Source: an uncultured Candidatus Peribacteria bacterium (GTDB lineage Bacteria; Patescibacteriota; Gracilibacteria; CAIRYL01; GCA-016699755). From it: a stretch of DNA of 62,475 nt. Where the stretch lies: NCBI GenBank assembly GCA_964584385.1, contig CAZOZW010000001.1, forward strand, positions 1-62,475, in the 5' to 3' direction. A program made the position numbers and the translations under genes. The notes below the pieces were generated by a model. It searched no databases. It was given only the letters and a program-made list of their open reading frames with translations, and was not told where the DNA came from. This document shows positions 1 through 8,100 of this stretch, piece after piece (position 1 is the first letter of the stretch; each line of letters opens with the position of its first letter).

Positions 1-2
1 CC

Positions 3-119
3 AAGGTCTATCATTACGCGAGGTTTGTGGTAATAAACAAGCTCACAACAAGATTATTGAAGCGATTTATTTTGGATCACAAAGATGTAATCTTCTTTGA
101 AAAAGCAAAGATGTGCTAG
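3..119 (+). CDS. 3' end of a gene truncated by the window edge (unknown product)
   Basis: Frame 3 is open from the window edge to TAG at 117-119 (...FILDHKDVIFFEKAKMC*). No recognisable motif. Confidence 0.3.
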   Translation, partial: KVYHYARFVVINKLTTRLLKRFILDHKDVIFFEKAKMC

Positions 120-388
120 AATTTCATCCGATGTATGCAAACCTTATGAGATTATTCGCAGAGATTTTTGGCTGGTACGGCGCAGCGGCGATTGTGGGAG
201 CGTTTTTCTTGAATAGCTACAACATTGTTGAAACCACCGACCCGGTTTATTTCTTTTTAAATATCAGCGGTTCGGTCGGCATTATCATAGTTAGTATGAT
301 GAAACGCAATTATCAACCGGTTGCGCTAAATGCCGTGTGGCTGGTGATTAGCTTGGGGGCGATTTGGCAGTTGAATCAGGGATTGTAA
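113..388 (+). CDS. small 3-TM membrane protein (possibly PQ-loop/SemiSWEET-like; uncertain)
   Basis: 91-aa ORF with three hydrophobic segments (FGWYGAAAIVGAFFL, VYFFLNISGSVGIIIVSMM, ALNAVWLVISLGAIW). The ATG at 131 is an alternative start. Confidence 0.55.
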   Translation: MLEFHPMYANLMRLFAEIFGWYGAAAIVGAFFLNSYNIVETTDPVYFFLNISGSVGIIIVSMMKRNYQPVALNAVWLVISLGAIWQLNQGL

Positions 389-627
389 GCTGACAGAAGA
401 CCAAGACTCGGTGAAAAATAAGTTGACAAAATAGACGATTATTTTGTGTGTAAAATTGCTTCTAGTGAATAGTATATTTTCGGGCGCACAATTTATTAAT
501 GCGAATATTAAATGATTCTTCGCACCGCGACTGAGAATTGTTCTCATAAACTTCGATATGAACGCGGCGATTTTCAACTTGCCAAGATAATGATAGATGG
601 TAAAGTAGCCGCCTTTTTTCATTCACA

Positions 628-3600
628 ATGAATTTTCGTTCTTTTAGGTTCCGCAGAGCATCGGCGATTCTCTTCGTTCTCGGTTTAGTGCATATCGCTT
701 GCCCGGCGGATGCCGCCTCGTTAGAACCCCCCGAAGGTGTTATACAGATGCAGCTCAACGACACCGGTTACACGCGGTGCGCCGATAACAACAGCCCCTA
801 TCGCGCTTGTTCGGATGTGCGCAACCAATACCCCGGGCAAGATGCGGAATACGGACGCGATATCGACCCGCTTCGCAACAGTGATTTCGACGGTGCAGCG
901 GGATTCTCGTTCACCAAACTGGATGCCGAGGGCAAGGTACTTGCCGGTGATGCGGGTGAGTGGAGCTGTGTACGCGACAACGTAACAGGGTTGATCTGGG
1001 AACGCAAACGACGACGGACGAGTAATAATAACCGACACCAGGGTTTGCATGATGTCGCTAGTCGGTATGGTTGGGGGCAAACGGTAGACCCCGGTGGGAA
1101 CTGCCAAGCCGACGACGGCACCGAATATGAATGTTCGACGGCAAAATTTACCGAACTGGTAAACGAAGAGGCGTTATGCGGTATTACCGACTGGCGGTTG
1201 CCGGTGCGCCAAGAACTGCACTCATTGAGAAACTACAACACCGCCTACCCGGCGGTTGATACCCGGTTTTTCGGCGATATGGCGAGCGGCTCTTACATGT
1301 GGACGAGTAACCGCCTGCCGGTGGTCGACGCACTGGGGAATCTGGGTGTGGGGACGGCAACCGAGAGCTGGGGGGTGAACATCACCTCGGCGCAAGGAAC
1401 GATCTCTCCGTTCGAACACACCCGTGGCTTAGGGGTTATGCTGGTAAGCGGGCAAAAAGCATCGTGGACCCATCCCGAACGGTTCGAGATACTAGAGGAG
1501 ACCGACGAGGTGATCGACCATGTCACCGGTTTGGCATGGCAGCGGTTCGATAGTAGTAAACATACCTGGCAAGATACGCTTAATAACGAATACGAATGGG
1601 AGGATAAGACAGGCAAAGGACCGGATTACAAATGGCGCCTGCCGAACATCAAAGAGCTCGATTCGATCGTCAGCTTGGATATTATGCCGGGCGAGTATGA
1701 AGACGGTGCCCACAGCTGGCGATTCAAACCGCTCGGCAATATCGACCATGGCAAGTTCTGGACGAGCAGCTCGGAGGTAAAACGGGTGTATTCGGCATGG
1801 GTGGTCGATTTCAGTAGCGGGCGGGTGATCACCGGGCGAAAGGTACGGGTCAACTACACCCGAGCCTCAGAGTACGGTTCGATTCGGGTGCGTGATTACT
1901 ACACAATGCCGGTACGCTACCAACCCGATGAAGAGACCGATAACGATGATTTTACGGATGATAATGATGAAGACAACGAAGAGCCGATACCGATCAATAC
2001 AGAGCCATTACTCTTCTTAGAAGGTGAAGAAGAAATAACCCTTTACACCAGCGATACCTTCGAAGAACCGGGGTTCAACGCAACCGATGCCGAGGACGGG
2101 GAATTGACGTCGAACGTTGAAGTGCGGATGTACAATAGTGATAAACATACTGTTTTGAGCATCGATACCAGCTCGCCAAGTGAGTATGAGATCGAGTATC
2201 GAGTGAGTGACAGTAACGGTTCGGAGGCAGTGAAGACGAGAAAGGTTGTCGTTTTGCCGAAGCCGGAGTTATTGTTGCTGGATGAAGAGGGATTTGCCGA
2301 TACCGATGGAACAAAACGCGGGGTGGATAAGGTAAAGGCGACGGCGAATGAGGAGGAGGTGACGTTCAAGGTTTTGTATCGGGATGAGGCACAAGTGCAA
2401 GATATAAAAAATGTTCGGGTAGAAGCCCGAATAGTCGCGCATTTTGCCACGCTCTTCACCGAAGCGGGCAAGTTGATGAATCCGGCAGTTGAATATGGAA
2501 TTAGCACCAGAACAGCCCCTACCGGCAGCATGTTTATTGAGCTTGATAGCCCCCAAAGCGTGGTACAACTGAACATAGCGGGTACGGAATCGAGCAGCGA
2601 TTTCGAACTAAGGGTTTTTAGTAGTAACGACCAACTTCTTCAAACCGTTTCAGTTGCCGCCAGTGACCTCACCGGCGATAAAACCGAAAACATCATTATA
2701 TCGTCTGAGAACGATGATATTCAGAGCATCGAGATCGTCAATCTTATCAACAAGAATAACCCTTTTTCTATCACCAAGTGGTTCTTCGCCAAAGATCACG
2801 AAATGACCAGAGGAGATACAGAACAAGATGAAACCTCTTTCTCTCTTTCTGAAACATTATCGCAAGGCTCATACTCATACTCGTTTAAAGCGATTAATGG
2901 GATCAGACCACTGGAGCTTGTACAAGAGAATTTTGAATTTGAGACGGGGTATAGCAATGTGGTGTTTTTGCCGGGAATACAGTCGAGCAGACTCTATCTT
3001 CAAGAAGCCAAAGATGGAGTTTGTATTAATTGCGAGAATCAGTTGTGGGAGCCGATTTTTAGTGGCGATGCCATGAAGCTTAATATGAATGAAAACAGCA
3101 ATGGGCTTAGTGAGATTGATAATATTTATACGAAGGATGTTGTCGATGAGGTCTTTGGTGCTGCTTTCCTGCCGAATATTTACAAGACTTTCTTAATCGA
3201 GATGTCGAACTGGAAAGAAGATGGATTGGTAAACGAAGTGACTGCCATACCGTACGATTGGCGATATGATTTTGACCACATCTTAAGTCATGGGGTTAAA
3301 ATCGGTAATGAAATACACTTTTCTCAAGCATCGCGTGATCCATACATCATCAAAGAGATTGAAAGGATGATTGACACTTCGGCAAACGGACGCGTTACGA
3401 TTATTGCCCATAGTATGGGCGGCCTAGTTGCTAAGCGCATGTTTTCGAACCTGGCTAAAGAGGTAACACCCCGCAGTGAAAAGATATTGCACAACACAGA
3501 AAACTTAATACTTGTTGCATCACCACAGCTCGGTACTCCAAAAGCGATAGCTTCGCTATTGCATGGTTATAAGCAGGATGTATTACTTGTCGCCAAAAAA

Positions 3601-5313
3601 CCTGCTATCAGGCTTGGGCGATACATGCCATCTGCGTACAATCTCTTACCATCCAATAAATACATGAACTCCCTCATTCAGGGCTCAGATTACAGCAATG
3701 AAGATTACAACAACGTAAAGCCAATAACCTTTCATTATAATTTAAGGCACTTAGAGGATTCCGACCGTAAGCACCTGCTGAATTATCACGGTATTTATGG
3801 TGACGCAATTAATTCTTTAAATGAGTACTTTTCATTCTTGCGAGGCGATGAAGGACGTGAAGAGTTTGATCTTGAGATTCTTGGGCGCTTTCCTATTAAG
3901 CTATCTAACACTCTGCTGGAAAATAGTATTGAATTGCATGAGGATATCGACAACTGGACTCCGCCCGAAACGATGAGTGTAATACAAATCGCAGGCTGGG
4001 GAGTGAATACGATGCGAGGTATTGAGTACTATGCAAAATGTATAGACCCGAATAAAACCGAACTCGACCAATGCCCTCTTCAACAGCGTATACTTGGCTA
4101 TGACGCACTTTTTACCTTTGACGGCGATGAAACGGTGGTTTCGCCAAGTGCAATTGCCATGAAGGATGTAAACGAAGTTGATACGATTTATTTAGATTTA
4201 TACAGAAATAATGAAAACCAGTTTGTGAGCAATACGCACGCAAGTATTCTTGAAGCTGAGGATTTAGGTCGCTTTCTGCTGAATATTGTCAATCGAAACT
4301 TTAAAAAGAATAATAGCGACCTCGATTCATACAACTATTTAACGCGTACCAAACCAGAGCATGATGAATCATATATTCACTTAAAGCTCAACGCGAATGC
4401 CAATATCACCGTAACAGACAATACTGGGAACACCACAGGTGCTTATCATAAGGAATCGCAAGCAGAGGTGAAAGGATTTACCGAGAGTATACCGAACAGT
4501 TATTACACAGAGTTTGGCGATAAAAAGTACACCGGCGCTCCAAAAAAAGTAAATCCGGCAATCGAGATGACAGCAGCAGAAGACGGGCTCTTCACTTTAA
4601 AAATCAAAGAAGCCATTGGTGACACAACGGTGCATTCAGCAGAATTCACAAACATACCCTTAACCGCAATAAGTATTGCTACGGTCGATGTTACCGCAGG
4701 CGACAACCCGGTAATGTTAATAGATGGTGACGGCGATGGTGAGACCGATGCAACGATTGAATCTACCACAGAAAATGTTAAACAAAATCCTGTGCAAAAG
4801 CTGGAAGTGATCTCGGCTTTGCTTATCGGGACGAATATGGAAGGTGAGCTACAAGAAAAGCTTTTACGTAAGCTCATGGTCACCGAAACAAAGTTGCAAA
4901 AGGGCAAGCAGCAAAAAGCGGTAAAACGTATTCACCAGATTATTAAAAGATTAGAGCGCGAAATAAAACGCAACACCCGGTTCGCCGCTCGTAAAGAGCG
5001 TGTTACAGCCCGGGAAGCGAAGATACTGCAACGAATCGAAGATGCTCAAGAGCAGATCGGTGAAGAAGGGCGCACCGAAGTGCTCGAAGAGATTACCGAT
5101 AAAAAAGAGTTGAAAAAATTAAAGCGCCAAGCCAAAAAAGATGCCCGCTTGCAGGCGCGCATTCAGCGACTTGAAAATAAGCTCGCCGCCAAAAAAGAGC
5201 AGTGGGCAAAGTGGGAGCAAGAGCACCTTGGCATAAGAGTTAAAAGTGACGATGCCCAAACCTTAATCCTATTTCTTGAGAACCTTGTTACTCTAATAGA
5301 TTCTCAGAATTGA
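628..5313 (+). CDS. giant secreted multidomain protein: 2x DUF1566/Lcl-type, Ig-like (DUF5011-type), LCAT/PGAP1-like alpha/beta-hydrolase (lipase-like), C-terminal charged coiled coil
   Basis: Signal-peptide-like N-terminus (MNFRSFRFRRASAILFVLGLVHIACPADA). DUF1566 motifs: TGLIWERK...DWRLPVRQELHSL and TGLAWQRF...WRLPNIKELDSIV...FWTSS. Acidic linker DEETDNDDFTDDNDEDNEE. Ig-like module: EPGFNATDAEDGELTSNVEV...YEIEYRVSDSNGSEA. Hydrolase: VVFLPGIQSSRLY...VTIIAHSMGGLVAKR. K/E/R/Q-rich tail, TGA stop. Confidence 0.9.
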   Translation: MNFRSFRFRRASAILFVLGLVHIACPADAASLEPPEGVIQMQLNDTGYTRCADNNSPYRACSDVRNQYPGQDAEYGRDIDPLRNSDFDGAAGFSFTKLDAEGKVLAGDAGEWSCVRDNVTGLIWERKRRRTSNNNRHQGLHDVASRYGWGQTVDPGGNCQADDGTEYECSTAKFTELVNEEALCGITDWRLPVRQELHSLRNYNTAYPAVDTRFFGDMASGSYMWTSNRLPVVDALGNLGVGTATESWGVNITSAQGTISPFEHTRGLGVMLVSGQKASWTHPERFEILEETDEVIDHVTGLAWQRFDSSKHTWQDTLNNEYEWEDKTGKGPDYKWRLPNIKELDSIVSLDIMPGEYEDGAHSWRFKPLGNIDHGKFWTSSSEVKRVYSAWVVDFSSGRVITGRKVRVNYTRASEYGSIRVRDYYTMPVRYQPDEETDNDDFTDDNDEDNEEPIPINTEPLLFLEGEEEITLYTSDTFEEPGFNATDAEDGELTSNVEVRMYNSDKHTVLSIDTSSPSEYEIEYRVSDSNGSEAVKTRKVVVLPKPELLLLDEEGFADTDGTKRGVDKVKATANEEEVTFKVLYRDEAQVQDIKNVRVEARIVAHFATLFTEAGKLMNPAVEYGISTRTAPTGSMFIELDSPQSVVQLNIAGTESSSDFELRVFSSNDQLLQTVSVAASDLTGDKTENIIISSENDDIQSIEIVNLINKNNPFSITKWFFAKDHEMTRGDTEQDETSFSLSETLSQGSYSYSFKAINGIRPLELVQENFEFETGYSNVVFLPGIQSSRLYLQEAKDGVCINCENQLWEPIFSGDAMKLNMNENSNGLSEIDNIYTKDVVDEVFGAAFLPNIYKTFLIEMSNWKEDGLVNEVTAIPYDWRYDFDHILSHGVKIGNEIHFSQASRDPYIIKEIERMIDTSANGRVTIIAHSMGGLVAKRMFSNLAKEVTPRSEKILHNTENLILVASPQLGTPKAIASLLHGYKQDVLLVAKKPAIRLGRYMPSAYNLLPSNKYMNSLIQGSDYSNEDYNNVKPITFHYNLRHLEDSDRKHLLNYHGIYGDAINSLNEYFSFLRGDEGREEFDLEILGRFPIKLSNTLLENSIELHEDIDNWTPPETMSVIQIAGWGVNTMRGIEYYAKCIDPNKTELDQCPLQQRILGYDALFTFDGDETVVSPSAIAMKDVNEVDTIYLDLYRNNENQFVSNTHASILEAEDLGRFLLNIVNRNFKKNNSDLDSYNYLTRTKPEHDESYIHLKLNANANITVTDNTGNTTGAYHKESQAEVKGFTESIPNSYYTEFGDKKYTGAPKKVNPAIEMTAAEDGLFTLKIKEAIGDTTVHSAEFTNIPLTAISIATVDVTAGDNPVMLIDGDGDGETDATIESTTENVKQNPVQKLEVISALLIGTNMEGELQEKLLRKLMVTETKLQKGKQQKAVKRIHQIIKRLEREIKRNTRFAARKERVTAREAKILQRIEDAQEQIGEEGRTEVLEEITDKKELKKLKRQAKKDARLQARIQRLENKLAAKKEQWAKWEQEHLGIRVKSDDAQTLILFLENLVTLIDSQN
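3406..3423 (+). other. putative nucleophile elbow A-H-S-M-G-G of the lipase-like domain (Ser codon 3412-3414)
   Basis: gcc cat agt atg ggc ggc is in frame with the 628 ORF. AHSMGG is the variant GxSxG seen in Bacillus LipA, LCAT and PGAP1-type hydrolases. Confidence 0.7.
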
Positions 5314-5339
5314 AAAACAAATAATAAAGAAGTAGAATG

Positions 5340-5373
5340 AAGAGGTGTTTGATTATAAACACCTCTTTTCTTT
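5340..5373 (+). terminator. rho-independent terminator after the giant ORF
   Basis: 11-bp stem aagaggtgttt (5340-5350) / aaacacctctt (5357-5367), loop gattat, followed by a T-rich tract. Confidence 0.7.
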
Positions 5374-5386
5374 AATTTAAGTAGAA

Positions 5387-5863
5387 ATGAAGTTTAGAAA
5401 ATGGATTTTGATATTGTTAATTTTTGTAACCATATTTTTCTTAACCAGTATTATTCTTTACAACTCAAAAGAGCTTGGTTTTTGTCAAAAGAGTGTCTGT
5501 GATGTGAACTACATGTATGGCGGCATTGCTCCACCTCTTTTCTCTTTCTCGCTGGCTGCGTTCATACCCTTGTTCTTATTCTATTTCGTAAGCGACAAAG
5601 CCTTTTGGGATTGGCTCATGTTTTCTGTTGGGTTTATTGCTTTCGCCGGCTGGTGGATATATCGAGCACCGGTGGTACCACCGGGCTATTTGCCAATGCC
5701 ATTTACAGACAAAGGTACTTCAACGATTGGGTTTAGTGTGCTCTACCTGATTCTCTCTTTGGTTATTATCGGCGCTCACACTCTATTCGGTGGTGCAAAA
5801 AACAGCAGTGTTAATCATCATAAAACTAGCAATAATTCGCACACCAAAAATTTGAATGATTAG
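5387..5863 (+). CDS. polytopic (about 4 TM) small membrane protein, cassette copy 1
   Basis: 158-aa ORF with hydrophobic segments WILILLIFVTIFFLTSIILY, LFSFSLAAFIPLFLFYFV, WLMFSVGFIAFAGWWIY and IGFSVLYLILSLVIIGA. Two Cys in the first loop. Paralog of the 6290 ORF. Confidence 0.75.
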   Translation: MKFRKWILILLIFVTIFFLTSIILYNSKELGFCQKSVCDVNYMYGGIAPPLFSFSLAAFIPLFLFYFVSDKAFWDWLMFSVGFIAFAGWWIYRAPVVPPGYLPMPFTDKGTSTIGFSVLYLILSLVIIGAHTLFGGAKNSSVNHHKTSNNSHTKNLND

Positions 5864-6222
5864 ACCGTGAAATAAAACGTAATACGCGGCTTGCCGCCCG
5901 CAAAGAGCGCATTTCTGCCAGAGAAGCAAAAATACTGCAACGCATTGAAGATGCGCAGCAGCAAATAAGTGAAGAAGGTCGCACAGAGCTATTAGAAGAA
6001 ATCAACGATAAAAAAGAGTTGAAAAAACTAGAACGCCAAGCCAAAAAAGATGCCCGCTTGCAGGCGCGCATTCAGCGACTTGAAGGAAAGCTCGCCGCCA
6101 AAAAAGAGCAGTGGGCTAAGTGGGAGCAAGAGCACCCCGGCATAAGAATTAAAAGTGACGATGCCCAAACCTTAATCCTATTTCTTGAGAATCTTGTTGC
6201 ACTCGTAGATTCTCAGAATTGA
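5860..6222 (+). pseudogene. orphan copy 2 of the coiled-coil tail; only an internal TTG start (6019)
   Basis: The frame is open from the TGA at 5857-5859. It reads LDREIKRNTRLAARKERISAREAKILQRIEDAQQQISEEGRTELLEEINDKKELKKLERQAKKDARLQARIQRLEGKLAAKKEQWAKWEQEHPGIRIKSDDAQTLILFLENLVALVDSQN*. There is no ATG/GTG/TTG in frame before 6019. Confidence 0.7.
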
Positions 6223-6248
6223 AAAACAAATAATAAAGAAGTAGAATG

Positions 6249-6280
6249 AAGAGGTGTTTGCATATAACACCTCTTTGTTT
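6249..6280 (+). terminator. duplicated copy of the terminator hairpin
   Basis: Stem aagaggtgtt (6249-6258) / aacacctctt (6266-6275), then ctctttgttt. Confidence 0.65.
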
Positions 6281-6289
6281 AAGGTAATC

Positions 6290-6766
6290 ATGAAAAATCA
6301 AAAATACGTATTAATATTGTTGGGGTTAATACTTTTTTTATTAATAACTAGTTTAGTGATCAACTACTCACTTGGTAGTGGTGGCTGCAAAAAACACATC
6401 TGGGATGCCTACTATATGTGTGGCGGCATTGCTCCACCTCTTTTCTCTTTCTCGCTGGCTGCGTTCATACCATTGTTCTTATTCTATTTCGTAAGTGACA
6501 AAGCCTTTTGGGATTGGCTCATGTTTTCTGCTGGGTTTATTGCTTTCGCCGGCTGGTGGATATATCGAGCACCGGTGGTACCACCGGGCTATTTGCCAAT
6601 GCCATTTACAGACAAAGGTACTTCAACGATTGGGTTTAGTGTGCTCTACCTGATTCTCTCTTTGGTTATTATCGGCGCTCACACTCTATTCGGTGGTGCA
6701 AAAAACAGCAGTGTTAATCATCATAAAACTAGCAATAATTCGCACACCAAAAATTTGAATGATTAG
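6290..6766 (+). CDS. polytopic small membrane protein, cassette copy 2
   Basis: MKNQKYVLILLGLILFLLITSLV... From GGIAPPLFSFSLAAF to the stop it is near-identical to the 5387 ORF. The track start at 6254 lies inside the terminator hairpin, so the ATG at 6290 is preferred. Confidence 0.75.
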   Translation: MKNQKYVLILLGLILFLLITSLVINYSLGSGGCKKHIWDAYYMCGGIAPPLFSFSLAAFIPLFLFYFVSDKAFWDWLMFSAGFIAFAGWWIYRAPVVPPGYLPMPFTDKGTSTIGFSVLYLILSLVIIGAHTLFGGAKNSSVNHHKTSNNSHTKNLND

Positions 6767-7116
6767 ACCGTGAAATAAAACGTAATACGCGGCTTGCCGC
6801 CCGCAAAGAGCGCATTTCTGCCAGAGAAGCAAAAATACTGCAACGCATTGAAGATGCGCAGCAGCAAATAAGCGAAGAAGGTCGCACCGAACTATTAGAA
6901 GAAATCACCGATAAAAAAGAACTTAAAAAACTGCAAAAGCAGGCAAAAAAGGATGAACGACTCCAGCAACGAATCGAGAGGATCACCAAAAGACTTGAGA
7001 CCAAAAAAGAGAAGTGGCTCCAGTGGGAGCAAGATCACCCCGGGCAGCGGATTGCGAGTGATGATGCCGAAAAGTTAATAGCGTTTATTCAGGGAATCAT
7101 CAGCACTATGGAATAA
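6763..7116 (+). pseudogene. orphan copy 3 of the coiled-coil tail; no start codon in frame, diverged 3' half
   Basis: Open frame from the TGA at 6760-6762 to the TAA at 7114-7116. It reads REIKRNTRLAARKERISAREAKILQRIEDAQQQISEEGRTELLEEITDKKELKKLQKQAKKDERLQQRIERITKRLETKKEKWLQWEQDHPGQRIASDDAEKLIAFIQGIISTME*. No ATG/GTG/TTG occurs in frame until the penultimate codon, so it is absent from the ORF track. Confidence 0.7.
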
Positions 7117-7136
7117 CGAGAGTAATGATGGTACGA

Positions 7137-7165
7137 TTTAAAGGAGGCAATCAGCCTCCTTTAAA
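7137..7165 (+). terminator. 12-bp perfect hairpin after tail copy 3 (possible terminator; no clear T-tract)
   Basis: tttaaaggaggc (7137-7148), loop aatca, gcctcctttaaa (7154-7165). Confidence 0.4.
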
Positions 7166-7176
7166 CTGAATGAATA

Positions 7177-7800
7177 ATGACCGTGAAACTTCTGAATAAA
7201 CACGTGCTTTTAGCAGCAATTATATCTATTGGGATTATTGGTTTCCTTTTCCTATTCCATGATATTATATACAAGTTTTCGCCAATTACTGAGGAGCTTG
7301 TTTCAAACAAATTCTTCTTTGGTTCACTACTTGTTCTTACAACTTTTTTTCCATCAAGCCTCTTGCTGCTCTTCTGCAGTGAAAAAGTCACCGCTGCTTG
7401 GCTTAGATTTGCCGGTTTCACACTGCCTGCCTATGCATATTCACTCTACTTGGCAAGCGGGGTAAGGGCTACCGGTGGCATGACCGGTACAAGCATCACC
7501 GGTGGAACCGATAGCGAGGAAATGGTTTTTACCTATGTCATTTTTCATATCATTTTTTCGCTGCTGGTGATTATTTACCATGCGAAATATTACTACAAAC
7601 TCAAAAAAGCAAAAGAGACGCAGTCAAGAAAACCCGTACCGTTTTTAAACTTGTTCGAAAGAATTATCGTCGGTCTGATTCTTCTTTACTTTTTTTGGAT
7701 ATTCTTACAGGCACCTGATTTCTTTGTACAAGTGATCTTGCCATGGTTTGCGTCATACTACATCGGAAAATTGATCTATATGGTGATCAAGGGTGAATAA
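7177..7800 (+). CDS. polytopic membrane protein, distant paralog of the cassette membrane proteins (copy 3)
   Basis: 207-aa ORF with at least 5 hydrophobic segments. It shares a weak core with the 5387/6290 ORFs (FCSEKVTAAWLRFAGF versus FVSDKAFWDWLMFSVGF). Confidence 0.7.
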   Translation: MTVKLLNKHVLLAAIISIGIIGFLFLFHDIIYKFSPITEELVSNKFFFGSLLVLTTFFPSSLLLLFCSEKVTAAWLRFAGFTLPAYAYSLYLASGVRATGGMTGTSITGGTDSEEMVFTYVIFHIIFSLLVIIYHAKYYYKLKKAKETQSRKPVPFLNLFERIIVGLILLYFFWIFLQAPDFFVQVILPWFASYYIGKLIYMVIKGE

Positions 7801-7952
7801 TCACCAGTTCTACGCTTGGAGAGCGTGAAATAACGCAAGGGGGCAAGCTGGTATTCGAGCTTGCAACGAGGCTGTGGAAGAAATATACGGTTTCGAGCAA
7901 GATGAGCTGGCGAAAATGACACCACTCCCCCGCCCCGCTGATTTGAGATAAC

Positions 7953-7984
7953 AAAAAAAGACCATTTCTAAAAATGGTCTTTTA
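7953..7984. terminator. bidirectional terminator hairpin between the membrane-protein gene and the tRNAs
   Basis: agaccattt (7959-7967), loop ctaa, aaatggtct (7972-7980). Flanked by an A-run on the left and ttt on the right. Confidence 0.65.
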
Positions 7985-8002
7985 AATGCGTTCTAACAAG
8001 AA

Positions 8003-8079
8003 TGGCGCTCGCGGAGGGACTCGAACCCCCAACCTACTGGTTCGAAGCCAGGTACTCTATCCAATTGAGCTACGCGAGC
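8003..8079 (-). tRNA. tRNA-Arg (anticodon TCG), CCA encoded
   Basis: Reverse complement: GCTCGCG TA GCTC AATTGGATA GAGT A CCTGG CTTCGAA CCAGT AGGTT GGGGG TTCGAGT CCCTC CGCGAGC G CCA. It folds as a cloverleaf by hand, with one C27-U43 mismatch. Confidence 0.9.
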
Positions 8080-8100
8080 ACGGTGGTTTTTAAATAACTA

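Larger units (their letters stand above)
4957..7116 (+). repeat. about 0.9-kb tandem duplication array (unit 1 4957-5865, unit 2 5866-6768, partial diverged unit 3 6769-7116)
   Basis: Direct comparison shows cgcgaaataaaacgcaacacc (4957) matching cgtgaaataaaacgtaatacg (5866 and 6769). gccaaaaaagatgcccgcttgcaggcgcgcattcagcgacttgaa occurs at 5131 and 6040. The C-terminal two thirds of the 5387 and 6290 ORFs are near-identical. Confidence 0.9.

Noticed and set aside
628-7116. Diversity-generating retroelement targeting the DUF1566 protein (TR/VR pair)
   Set aside because: No reverse transcriptase gene is in the window. The repeated segments are the coiled-coil tail rather than the lectin-like domains. 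Mismatches between copies involve all four bases, not adenine-specific substitutions.
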